Assembly: GCA_903813345.2 (NCBI GenBank)
Contig: CAIIXF020000001.1
Coordinates: forward strand, 37,634,001 to 37,698,000
DNA length: 64,000 nt
Direction: 5' to 3'
From: Owenia fusiformis
Taxonomy: Eukaryota
The position numbers were made by a program, and so were the translations under genes. Numbering within the stretch: position 1 is the first letter of the stretch; each line of letters starts with the position of its first letter. Shown one piece after another: positions 14,401 to 26,589 of the stretch. The notes below the pieces were generated by a model. The model searched no databases. It was not told the origin of the DNA and saw only the letters and a list, made by a program, of their open reading frames with translations.

Positions 14401-16191
14401 ATAATCCCCCAAAAAATATTTCTCATTTTCAGGGATTATCTTTGGATTAACACCAAGGTATTTTCATTTTTCAAACTTCAGAGGACTGAGAATCAATGAT
14501 CGCTTTTGAATAATATAAAAGCTGTTTTAAATAGGTTTCACGTATGCCAATAATTTCTCAAATTGTTATGGTACCCCTTCCTTAATCCAGAGAATTTTCT
14601 CCTTGAGGAATTTTCCATAGTAAACCAATGGTAAGTTTCCGAGCATATTTTGAGATAACATGAAAGTAAATATTTAAAACACACCTTTTTTGGTTGCGAG
14701 ATAAAAATCAAGATCTTCTTGTATTGGATAAACTTTCTTAAAATTTCTGTCTTGATGAGTATAGGTGTATTAAGTGTATCCCAAATTGATCCGATCCCAA
14801 TGTAGAGTAGTTGAATACGTTGCCTTATGAAAAATAACTTACCATAACAATTGGGTAATATTGATGGGAAGGGATTCTAGGGACAGGAGGAAGGGATTTA
14901 GGGGGATTGACAAAGGAGTAATAAATTGTGGGGTTCAATACTGGGGCAAAAAGCACTATAATACTGACGATATTTTGAAAATTGCCATATATGGTACCTC
15001 TGAAATAATATGTATTGTATATACATGGGCATACATATATAGTTATTTGTGAATCTAATTATTGTTAAATGCTTTTCCCGTTTATTGGCAGTTTGTTCCT
15101 GTAAACCAGGCCGAGATTATGTATAATGCTCTATTGGCAAAAAATAAAACGACGTCTCTGACAATTTTTCCAGGTATGGATTATTTATGCTATTGCTAAT
15201 GTACAATCTATTTGCTCTTTTATTGTTTCGTTATGATAATATTCAAATTGTATCTATTCACACGATTTTTACTGGATTTAGAAGAATACAAACTCTGGGA
15301 TAAGGAAAATATGTACCAATGTAAAAATAATGGTCCAAAATGATTAACACAAAAAAAGCTTCGAGAAAAACAGCAACCTTTATATTGCTCTGATCTGAAT
15401 CAAAAGTTAAAAAGAGTAAAACAAACATTTTATACACTGGCAGACAGGTAGAGTGTCAATCTCTTATTTTTAATCCAAAACCGACACTAATGCCAAATCA
15501 TGGTCACATGGACATATTTTCTGATTTCTTATACGTATGGTATAAGTCATGAAGAAGGTATGTATCTTATCGCAAAAATTAAAATTATGCTAAATTCAAA
15601 TCCGTGTTTTGGTCTATATATGCATGGACAAATTCGTAAGCCATGAGCCATGGCTATTTTGAAAGAAAAAATATAAAAATATCTGTGATAAGACCCATTT
15701 TCCCCTGTGCCCTAATGCTGGAAGGAACTGAGGTTCTAAATACAAAAGTATGTGCCGAGTGCGAAACCGGGTTCCCAATTAGGTAATGGTAATGGTAATA
15801 CCCATCTTCTAATTTATATTCATATTAATGTATGCTTGTTTCTTGTAGATGAAGGCCATGGATTTGTAAAAGCAGGGAATAAAAACGCAGCATTAGATGG
15901 AGAAAACTACTTTTTTAGTAAAGTATTTGGTTATGAAAATATGGATTGTGATAAAGGAAAGGTAGTCCAACGTTACATAAACATCGGACCTAAATTACTA
16001 ATTGCTTTTTAAGATTTCCCCTTTTAATATACCCCAAAAACAATACAGGAAGCTTAACTTGAAAGCGTAACATGAAATTATGGAGCTACAGACAGTGATT
16101 CTGTACTTTACCATTGACATTTTTTAATAACTGTATATTGAACGCTGACTATCTTTTCACCTTGTTTTAGTTACCGATTGACAACTTGTAA
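2438..16191 (+). CDS. S9-family serine peptidase (dipeptidyl aminopeptidase/acylaminoacyl-peptidase-like), paralogue 1; spliced, 5' exons upstream of window
   Basis: GT-AG exons that join in frame: 2438-2524 ([29 protein letters not shown]), 2756-2830 (PWDNTSLY...), 3779-4003 (EPKWSP...[11 protein letters not shown]), 4259-4423, 5341-5469 (AYGYYYPPT), 8866-9062 (HGGPT...[15 protein letters not shown]), 9381-9538 (GGSAGG, Ser 9478-9480), 9802-9992 (HKFESRY...HGEKD, Asp 9987-9989), 15092-15173, 15849-15961 (EGHGF, His 15857-15859), 16171-16191 (LPIDNL*). Confidence 0.93.
3074..3688. mobile_element. Palindromic MITE bounded by TTAA (TTAAAGG...CCTTTAA)
   Basis: Arms of about 200 bp are imperfect reverse complements (ccttgccagactatttctctcctgatatggtagcta / tagctaccatattaggagagagatggtctggcaagg). 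Confidence 0.8.
4535..5179 (-). mobile_element. Possible highly decayed Tc1/mariner element
   Basis: CAGGGT-type ends (acagggtctt / gaacaccctgta); minus-strand scraps weakly resemble IFQQD and AVVxxxGxHI transposase motifs. Confidence 0.35.
7916..8263. repeat. Near-perfect inverted repeat (about 165-bp arms, about 20-bp spacer) in a gene 1 intron
   Basis: 7916-8080 is the reverse complement of 8099-8263 with few mismatches. Confidence 0.9.
10512..11319. mobile_element. PIF/Harbinger-like MITE, copy 1
   Basis: TIR TATCACACCAAACTAGTTCT, TAA on both flanks; near-identical copy at 55999-56788. Confidence 0.8.
11598..12735. mobile_element. MITE with 8-bp TSD carrying an internal ~60-bp satellite array (hAT- or P-like)
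   Basis: TIR GTATATCCAGAATTATGGCA / TGCCATAATTTTGGATATAC; TSD GGTTAGAA at 11590-11597 and 12736-12743; tandem units containing GATGTCTATAGTTTCTATACTTTC. Confidence 0.8.
13413..14301. mobile_element. Non-autonomous DNA transposon with 5-bp TSD
   Basis: TIR GCACGGACCTGGGGACAATT / AATTGTCCCCAGTTTCGTGC; GACGT on both flanks (13408-13412, 14302-14306). Confidence 0.7.
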
Positions 16192-16519
16192 CACCTGGGT
16201 TATTAACGCATGATGGAGGAATGACGTATAATTGTGCCATCCTTATTAAAATGAGATGTATGATCCTCAAATATAGTCTTTGAAAGACCGAATTTTTCGT
16301 TTTGAATGGAAATAGAATTGTAAATTAAACCTTTTGCAGAACATTAATTATTTAGTTTAGTGTTATTATTGAATTACGCGTCACCCTCATTATTAAAACA
16401 TTAAGTAAAACAGCGCAAATACTAAGGCTCAATCGGTATATTCGACCCATGATGAGTTGTTTCCAGACATTTGCATGAGTGCGACAGCACAGTACGAATA
16501 CAAGTCCTAGAAAAAACGT

Positions 16520-17330
16520 ATGATAGGATTATGTGGAGAAAACAACTTGGTTCATGACGAACAGAATGGTTCCCTTAAAGGTAAAAATTGCCAAGACCAT
16601 ATGTACTCGCTATCATCAATCATTGACAACAGGATTTAAGGATAAAAAGAGAACGTTTGTTTGTTTCGTCGACACCCAACGGGCATACGACAAAATCGAT
16701 AGGCAGTTGCTGTGGTACAAACTTAGTAAATTGGATATTTCTAGACAGTTGTGTGACCATAAACGGAAGATTATCTGGTTTCTGTGATGTTGATACCGGT
16801 TTAAAACAGGGCTGTCTGCCATCGTGCTCGCTCTTTAATCTGTACATCAATATGACATCGTAGAGGATATTAAATCTCTTGACCTTGGAGTTGATTTAAT
16901 GGTGAAAAAGTGGTAATACTTCTCTATGCGGATGAAATTGCACTTATCAGTGACTCCGAGGAATCCATACAGCAACAAATATTAGAAGCTTTAGCAAGAT
17001 GGTGTAGCAAATGGAGAATAAATAAAAAATAAAGCTATTCAACGAACACTATTTAACTTTATGTATAACAACAATACTATCAACGTATCATCAGACAAAA
17101 ACAAGTATCTTGGTCTTTTGTTCAACGAATATTTATACTTTACTCAGATGGCTACATCTAGAGCACAGTCAGCCAGTAGAGCTCTAGAATTAGTAATTGC
17201 CAAGTACAAGACAAATGGTGGAATGCCATTTAAGTGTTAAAATACAAGACTGTACGATAGTCTACTCACCCCAGTATTTGAAAACGGAGCAGAAGTCTGG
17301 GGATTTAAGGAGTTTGCATGTATAAATACT
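16520..17330 (+). pseudogene. Decayed non-LTR retrotransposon (LINE) reverse transcriptase fragment
   Basis: Frameshifted motifs: FVDTQRAYDKIDRQLLWYKL, TGLKQGCLPSCSLFNLYIN, ILLYADEIAL, KYLGLLF, GAEVWG. Confidence 0.88.
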
Positions 17331-17931
17331 ATTTCCACAGAGCCTACGCCCAACCTACGTTTTTACAAAAGTGTATTTTTGGCCCATTAATCCGACACTA
17401 TAATAGAATTTAAATAAATGAAAAAAAATAATTAATTAAAGACAATCAGTTTTTTCACCGGTAACTGGCCCCTGTTGTCATAACACAATGTTTCTCCATC
17501 AGTTGATGTACACTTGCCAGGTGTGTACGTTGCCATGATCTAGAAACAGACAAAGCAAATTCAAGTAGGTGTGGCGGAAATCTAATTAAATCGATGTTAT
17601 ATACTAGACTTCGGATAATTTACACAGTTTGGGTTGAATAAACGTCTGATTAAGACATCGCTATAAAATTTGATCTAATAATCTGACTTATGCAATCGAA
17701 ATAAAACAATAATGATTTTCCAATGATTATTTCTTTATTATATGCCTTATAGTCCTAAAGGAATTGACAATTGACACATTTTAATAATTTCCTCCTGTTA
17801 AGTTCCACTGTTTTAATTGCATGATTGTATTAGTAGATTTAATACCACTGAACATATTTTTGCTTGTTGACCATCAAACAACATTACCGTTCACTATTTA
17901 TGTGGGATTACGCGGTAACTGGTCAACTCAA

Positions 17932-18029
17932 CCCCAAGTCAACTCAACCCAAGTAAACTCAACCATTAGTCAAGTCGACCCCAAGTCAACTCAACCATTA
18001 GTCAAGTCGACCCCATGTCATCTCAACCC
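17932..18029. repeat. GTCAACTCAACCC-type minisatellite; resumes at 28728-28791
   Basis: 15-16-bp units on both sides of the 10.7-kb nested insertion. Confidence 0.8.
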
Positions 18030-18983
18030 TAACACCCCAGTCACATTTCCTACGGCGACCTTGCGGTCTATCATTTCTGCGGCCAGTAACATTTCTACGC
18101 TCGCCGTGGAATTTCTGCGCTCTCATACTTTTGCAGTCACATTTCCCACGGCAGCCGCACGGTGAATTTTAAATTTCTCTTGATAAAAAATACTTTTTTC
18201 ATTTTATTTACATCGGGACAATTTATAAATGTTATTCACAGTGCTAGCTAGGATGTAATATCAAATGAAAAGTGATCGTGAAACATTGACAAATAATGAT
18301 TCAATCTTGTTGAGCCAGTTGATTTCTACGGGGACCTCAGAAACTCCGAGTTATAATTTCTACGCCTTACCTGCGGCCTGTAAAAATCTGCATTCGCCGT
18401 ACGGAGGCCGCAAGGCGAGCGTAGTTTTTCTACGCTCGCCGCAGAAAGGACTATTCTCGGTTTGGAGAACGAAGTTCGTCACTCTAATTGAGCGTTATCC
18501 CTGCTTCGGACAAATTTGATTTTTTTACATAATATAGATTTGAATGTCTTCTTTTGAATAGTCATCATTTAATTTGGGTAATATTTCTAGATTTTTCTAG
18601 TGAACCACCCAACGTCGCTTTTAAGATTCGTACCACTTTTTTAACTTGATGTATTGCATATTTCCGTAGGTCGAATTGAGAAAAAAGACAAACAAAGTGT
18701 ACAGGGATATGTCATGAGCATATCATGAAAAAATCCTTTCAATATGTTTTTAAGAAACATTCGAAAATAATTCATTCTTAAATCGTGTCACATTTTCGAG
18801 ATATTCTCTGACATTCTATACAGATTTATCCAATAGAGGGCCTCCCAAAAGAGTGACTTTAGATTTTTTGGCATTTCACCAGTCATTTATAAAATTGATT
18901 TATCATCTATTAATTAGATGTCACCACTTGCTATGAACTACATGTACACGTGGTACGCAAGTGGTGAATATAAGCAAGTCAAT

Positions 18984-19418
18984 AGACTAGGTGCGAGTAG
19001 AAATAATCTTGATTTACGTCATTTAATATTCAAAATTCAGTCAAAGTGATGTCATATTTGAAATCTGCATTTAAAAGTACATCTAGAAATATGGTTTCGA
19101 AAATTGTTTATCAACTTTGAAAATTTAATTTTTTTTGAAAATGTGACTTCTTGTTCGGGTTGATTCCCCATAGACCCCATGATACAAAATCACAAAAAGT
19201 GAAATATCTTTTCTTGTATTGGATAGATAACATTTTCTTTTACTGGACATATTTCAGTTTGCATAACTATTAGATACATAAGGGTTATATGAAAATTGAA
19301 TCATTAAAACAGATGTGATTTAAGTTAAAGGGAACTTTCTACTATACCCGCCATGCTATCTGACCCGAACGAGCCACCTGGTGGTGAATCTGGTAACTAC
19401 CTACTCGCATCTGCGTTA
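18984..19418 (+). mobile_element. Interspersed MITE family (other copies 56820-57343, partial ~170-345, and a minus-strand copy from ~61096 split by the mini-Maverick)
   Basis: Shared core GGGAACTTTCTACTATACCC...GACCCGAACGAGCCACCTGGTGG...CTACTCGCATCTGCGTTA; short TIR TGCGAGTAG / CTACTCGCA. Confidence 0.75.
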
Positions 19419-19876
19419 TTGCTGTGAGCTGGAGAGGGTGTAATTATATCACTGACTTCTATCCTACCACGTGATTACGTTTTAAAAGAAATATGGGGCC
19501 CGCATTCTGATTTATCAGAGCCCCTCTTTACCTAACGCTTTTGAGAGAACTATTCCAAAAGGATAGTAAAGGCTGTGGATCTCACAATGTGTGGCCCGGG
19601 GCTACAGTGAAGTTGCAAATGGAGCAGGTATTCTCTATTTTTTCGATGGGGCTTTTCTTCTAATAATACACTGAAAACTACCTGATGAATTTATACAATA
19701 TATTGTAGAACACTTGGAATAAACATGTATGTAAAATCGAGTATACATTCTGAATCAGAAATATTGAAATAAACAAACGTCCTCCCTTCACGGCTTCACT
19801 GTAGCCTGTACCCCTTTTAAAGTAACTGGAAAATGTAATTGTAAATGTTATAACATTTTCGAACCTTTACTGTATA

Positions 19877-19985
19877 AGCTACGTTCACACCAACGGCGCT
19901 TTGATGGCGCTTTAATAAGACGTGCAAAGCCGCTTCGCACGCCGCATTAAAGCGCCATCAAAGCGCCGTTGGTGTGAACGTAGCT
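19877..19985. mobile_element. Tiny palindromic Harbinger-like MITE
   Basis: AGCTACGTTCACACCAACGGCGCTTTGATGGCGCTTTAAT and its reverse complement. Confidence 0.75.
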
Positions 19986-20070
19986 TTAGTGACTTGAACA
20001 AAGGACATTTAGCTTCTCCGATATAATTCACATTTTTCAGAAATTCACATCAGTTGATTACGCTGTGGTC

Positions 20071-20162
20071 AACCCAGTTGTCCGAAACCCAGTTCTCCGA
20101 AACCCAGTTCTCCGAAACCCAGTTCTCCGAAACCCAGTTGTCCGAAACCCAGTTCTCCGAAA
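20071..20162. repeat. 15-bp tandem repeat, 6 copies
   Basis: AAACCCAGTT(C/G)TCCG units. Confidence 0.9.
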
Positions 20163-21262
20163 ATTAGGGGATCTTATCAAAAAATACAATTTCTTAAAAC
20201 GAATCTTGTCGCAACCTCTGCGAATCACGACAGCATAACATTTGATTCACGTTGACATCATTGCAAAATTAGGCTAAATATGCTAAGTCAAGACGTTAAA
20301 GGCCGAGTTCCGGGAAATATTAACACAATTGAACATGTTGAACAACTAATATACATACTTTTTGTGGCTTGGTTGAATGGCTATTAATCCCAAGTTCCGA
20401 TGTGCCTCATCAAGAAGACGATAGAGTGACAAAGATTATGTCAAGCGGAGTTTATAATTTTTGTGCAAATTTTCTTCTTGGATCGAAAAATTTCATTTTA
20501 ATTCGATTAACTTACGATAGGTGGCAAAAGGTCTAAAGGTAGGTCACGTGACACAAAACAACGAATCATATGACACGAAACAATGATTCATTCGCCAGAT
20601 GGCGCAGTTAAATGAGGTCAATTTTACGACAAACGAAAACCGTTTAGCTCAGCTTCAATTTTGCTCTCGCAGTCGAAGGAAACTGACACTTCTTTCGTTG
20701 ATATCTAGGTGAGTGATTTTTTTCAGGCTCCGGTATTTTGACAAAAGTAAGTTCACGTCGTAGCCATTCTTAGGGGCAGGTTTGAGGCACCAACGATTTA
20801 TTTTGAAGTTTTTCTAAGGAATTATTCCCGATTTCCGGTATTGCCCCTTTAATTAGCCCACGAAAGTTCATGGGTAACTTGAGAACTACAAAATACTACC
20901 AAATACTTTTCGAACGTACAATAGCAATATTTCTCACCTAACGTCTTCATAGTTTTAGGAACGTATTTTAAACGCATGATAGCCAAATACATCAAGATAC
21001 TATATCTGCCTAAATGAAGTTATCTAGTGTTTACAAAGTTTTGAAATATATTTTATCCAGATCCATCAGAAATTAACTTATCCAATACATTACTTTACTA
21101 GTTCTAGTATCTTGCATGACTCGTTCATAAGAATTCTTTAATTCTACCTCGTTCCCAATACGTCCTCAGACAGACAAGAAATTGAAGTCACACCCGTTTG
21201 TTTACGTGGCATATTTATACGTATACGCACTTTCTCTGATTATTGTCAAACAAATACATTTC

Positions 21263-21365
21263 TAGCCTTGCCCAAGTCGGTCTCTTTTACTTATCTTGAT
21301 TTCTATTATGATCGTAATAATTCAAGATCAGATTAGTAAAAAAAATACCGACTTGGGCAAGGCTA
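21263..21365. mobile_element. Short TAG...CTA palindromic MITE
   Basis: TAGCCTTGCCCAAGTCGGT / ACCGACTTGGGCAAGGCTA. Confidence 0.65.
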
Positions 21366-21627
21366 ATAAATTTCAGGAGACACAGGCTGGTATCGAAAGA
21401 TTTGTCCGCTGTGACGGAGCATGCTATTTTTCATAAAAACACTAAGAATGCTTCACGATTTATTTTTTAACTCATACGTTTCGTTATATCAAAGATTATT
21501 ACTTACTCCATGCAATGGATATTATTTGCGTGTAACCTTCACTTCAGTTTGAAGTCCAATAACGCTAGGAGTAAAATCTATTGAAAACGGCGCCAGAGTA
21601 TCAAACTCTAAAATGTACCATTTCTTT

Positions 21628-21960
21628 TTTAACTTTTTAATGCCATGATATAGTGACACGATAATATTAACATATGTTTTCAGCATAACTCTGAATGTAT
21701 TAATGAAATATTAATGCATTGGGTCTTATTAATTTTTTTATAAAAAATAATATTAATATTTTTTGTCCGCTGTGACGGAGCATTTTCACAGTTCACATTT
21801 GCAACTGCTCCGTCACAGCGGACAAAAAAATTTAACATTATTTTTTATAAAATAATTAAAAAGACCAAATACATCAACATCTCATTTATACCTTCATAGT
21901 TATGCTGAAACCATGTGTAAATATAATCGTGTCACTATATCGTGCCATTAGAAAGTTAAA
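21628..21960. mobile_element. TTAA-bounded foldback MITE
   Basis: About 150-bp imperfect inverted arms ending in TTGTCCGCTGTGACGGAGCA / TGCTCCGTCACAGCGGACAA. Confidence 0.7.
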
Positions 21961-24900
21961 CATAACCTCTCCTCTCTAAGAGGTCAACCGGCAAAATTGT
22001 ATACCGAGACTGCAAACCGAGAAACTACTGTTGACAGAGACCGAAGGTTGTTTGTCCGAAGAAACTAATAATACACATAGAGACGACAATCATCAATCGG
22101 CATGGCTTCACAACCTTTTCTCCGAACCACGTTAGCAATTTTTTTTTGGAAAATCTGAAGACAGTGCAAGTAGCTAAACTCTCTGTATTCGACACAACAC
22201 GGCGTACTCATTAGTAAATTAATGTTAATTTTACGTTTCTATTTGTATTTTTGCTATATTTGTTGTCTAGTAAAGTCAAAATATCATTTTCAGCAACATT
22301 TACAAAATGTCCGTCTTCCATGTTTTTTGTGACACCATGAAACTTTTTTTTTCAAAAGTAGCGGTAAACAGTACCTAGTAGCGGTCAACAGTACATATTG
22401 TTGACCGCTAATCAACCAATCAGAATCGAGTATTTCAGTTGAGGTACTAACAATACCAATTGACTCCTAGATTTGAGTGAACAAGTACCTCGTATTTTTC
22501 ATTTTTCGATATTTTGAGATTTGTTGGCTGATGAGTAACTTGATATTTTATGTCTAGAGTCCATTTCACTGTTTAACTTCGTCAGTAAAAGCTAAAAAAT
22601 AAGAAATCAAAATATCATTTTGCAATAATATATAGAAAAATATATTCCTATTGTACATGAATGACATTTGTATATCTTGGATTGCTTCTAGTTTAGCTTA
22701 TGAAGTGTGTGGCCTCTTATATTTGGATGCTTCTCTGCCATGTTATTTTCAATAAGATTAACATGGCTGAAATTCTTCAAATTACAAGACGGCACAGGCT
22801 TATTGCACAAAAAACTAAAAAATCTGAAATATACAAATGTCATTCATGTACAATATGAATATACTTTTCCATATATTATTGCACAATGGTCTCCCAATTT
22901 CTTATTTTTGCCGTTCTACTGACGATGTAGGCATAGGCAGAGGGAGTATCACACTTCCCTACCACGTGAACACATTTAAAAAGAATACAGGGTACAGTTA
23001 AGTTGCAAATAGAGCGGGTATTCTCTATCCTTTTCCATAGGACTTTCTGGTGATAATACGTTGCAAACTGCTCGATGAATCTATACAATGTAAAATCTAG
23101 TATTCCTTCAGAACTATGGAAATAAACAAAGGTCCTCCATTTGCAACTTCATTGTAGCCTGTATTCCTTTTAAAGAAATACGGGCTACAGTATTGGGGTA
23201 TAGTAGTTTGATTTTTCAATATATCACTAATCTAGCTTCTTTCCTTGAAAAACATGAGTTTTGATGTACGTATATCAAACATGGGTCACTGCACTATAAC
23301 TTGAACCAGGGTGCCGGTGTTACATAATGTGATTTTAAGGGCCATCATACAACCACCTCTTGCCCACTTTATTCATGTTTTGGATTACAGTTTACAATGC
23401 ATAAACAGCATGAAACAATCATTTCTACTTGTGGATTAGATTTGTATACATCTCTTTGTGAACTGAGTGTTATGTTCAATATGTGAAAATATAATGGACT
23501 TAAATTGTACTTATATTTATAACCTGACCACATTTGCATATGTTCAACAACTGACTGAGTGATCGAGTTCATCAAACAATGTTCGTAATAGAGGTCATGA
23601 ACTTTGCTTTATTCATAATCCTATTTCTGCAACTGACTCATATTATGCATCTTATTAATATTATATAATATTATATGATTTATTTTGATTGGCAGTGTCT
23701 CATAAGCCATTGGTGGCTCGAGGCTTTTTGGATGATTGTATAGATGTATACGTATGAAATTAAGCCTGCGACACTTAAATAAAAAAACAATACAATAAAC
23801 TTGCTGATCATATGATTTTAATATTTTAATACTACATGATACTCATATCAAAATACCAATGTATTTGTGAACAACTCTTAAGTTTGATATTGTACGAATT
23901 TTCTGATTTGCTGTAGTAGTCGTAAATGCAACATATATTCAGTCAATATGGTATAACGAAAATGGGACTTCTGCGCATGTTAAAATTTTTCGTCAAAACT
24001 CAACTTTTCTTCAAGTTGATACGATTGTCTTTCGAACTAGAGACTTACAGTACCTCATTCGAAAGATCATAAAGACTTTATCTATACTGAAAATCTTAGA
24101 TCCAAACATAGTAGAATACGCCGTCAGTCCGCATTTGATTTTTTGAAGTGAGTTTCGTAAATCGTCAGATTTCTCCGACTGATATCGGGTTATCTCAAAT
24201 TGGTTCGTTTATAAATACGAATTTCTTTACCGTTGTAAGGCGCATGCGCAAAATTGATTTATAAAACGTTATTGGTTGATGGTTTTTCTCCTGAGCATGC
24301 GTGAAGTCTGATGCCACTTATGACGAAGACCGGAGCAAACATTACTAGCTCTCGAACGAAATTCCAAGATTCAGATCATTTCGCCGTGTTTGCTAAGCGT
24401 GTATACGTGAATGACAAGCTGTTTTGAGTAGATCAGGTACCTGTTTTAGACACAACATTGATTTAGCTTGACATTGATGTGCTCATTGGCACTTTTGAGC
24501 ATGTTAATACAAGTTTTTACACTCTTAGCACGAGACGGGTTTTCGAAAAATCTGTTATCTGATTCACTCGATTATCGTATGGATATGTATTTCTGCTGAC
24601 ATTTCAACACCACATCACATAGAATTACGATGCAGAATGATAATAAAACACAAAACAACGACTAAATTCCACTTGTTATTTCACAGGAGGTAAAAATGCA
24701 AACTGCCTAGATTATTTGTAAGGGTCGTCAGACATCGGATTGGCCGCCATATTTGAAATGAAAATATCACTAAATAGAGGTCTGCGCATGTCTCAACATT
24801 TCGACTGTATTAACAATGTTATGTTACTTTGTTTCATATGAAAAATAAATTCGTACAAAAGTGAGTTTTATTTCGTTTGTTATTCAATGTTGAATACACG

Positions 24901-26589
24901 TTGTACATTATTTCATGTATAGGATATTGACAATAATCAGACTATCGTATTACAATACAGAAGAATAAAAGAGATAATGATATATGCATTCTATTTTGAG
25001 ATTGACATGCGTAAAGGTATCAATATTTTATCTAGTATTTCATTTTATCCCTCCCGTCCCATCCCACCCGCTCATCAGCAATCCCCAGGAAATTCGTTCG
25101 GTGCTTTTAAATGTTAATAGTTCGGTTGAGTTTTAAAAATAAAGCACTTAAATCTAGATAAAATATTCATGATTTGATTGTGATTATCATTTGTAATTAT
25201 TACATGACGGTTCCGTTACATTCAATGCGTATATAATCCTCATAGTTTACTAATAAATCAGTTATTAAATACTCGATTTTCGACAGGTAAAGTTAATATA
25301 TCAACCCTCGGTCCCTACTATTTCTCGTGTAGATATATTGCATAACTTTCTCAGATATATCCTGTATGTTAAATACATTAAATAACATTATATATGTTAG
25401 TCTCAGCCTAGACAGTATATATCAATTTTATTGGATAATGCCATGGGCTTTCCCACGATAATGCGTAAATTCGAATGAACTTGAAATGAAATTCAACATC
25501 CAAAATGTGTTAATTTGATCATCCACCGTGTAACTAAAAGCATATGCATGGCCTATTTGCCTTAAAATACGATTGTGATTATGATTTCTGTTTTCCATAT
25601 GTAAAATCTAGAAACATAACAGAGTTAAGTCGAAATTCAGCTAACTTGAACATGAAGTCTTGTCAATTTACTTAATCGTTGATTGATTTCTAGGTTTATT
25701 AGAATTAAAACAACGATCGTTTCATCAAACGAGTCCTATATTCAATATCCATTCGTTGGGCATATTCTTTAAATGTAACTATATTCTTTTAACTTTAAAA
25801 GTATCTGTTTAGTGCTACGTTAACATGTATTCATTATTTTTTATCCACACAACAGTATCAAACGTTAGTGCATAACTAGCCATGCCAAGACATGGCCACT
25901 ACCCTCGTCCAGAGTAAAATACAAGGTCCTCATTCTTTAATGATTATGTTTCAATTAATTTAGTTTAAAGTGCTTTAAATGTAGGAAAATGAGTCGCTGT
26001 GATGTCATATCTGGCGCAGCAATTTCAGAGTCACTGCAATAAATTGAAACATCACTCGGATCAAAAGACTAAATAAATAAGCTATTTAGGGATGAATAAC
26101 ATTCGGTGAAATCCGTGATATCGTTATATCACTCGTTAATTGTCAAAGCTGCGCCCATTCGCTACCCTCATACTGTGAAACTATCGATATTGAGTTGAGT
26201 CTCTATTTTCTATTTTAAAACATTGGGATTTACGCGCACAAGATATGCTATGTAGTTAGGCTATTACAAAAATCACGAAATCACCACCAACATTTCTCGG
26301 TGCAGGCGGCCAGACTGGGCATACACAAAATGTATTGTATGTGCTCCTTAGGTTGCACTCGGGTGCTATCAACATCAAACACACACACGTTTAAGATACA
26401 CAGAGATAATTAAGGGATGAGTGACAAAGGGATGTTAAAAACAGGTGGCTATTGCAATTGATATTTTAATGTAACTTTAGTATGAAAGAATCTTTTCATC
26501 AATAAAAATAACATCTTAGATATTACAGCTACATGTACAATGTGAGTGTATTTAAAAAATGTAGTACATAGCTAGTTCCATCTATAATA

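Noticed and set aside
20071..20162. Regular short repeats resembling a CRISPR array (also 17932-18029 and the TIR repeats at 61220-61340)
   Set aside because: Units abut or are separated by related sequence, with no unique spacers and no cas genes; eukaryotic context.
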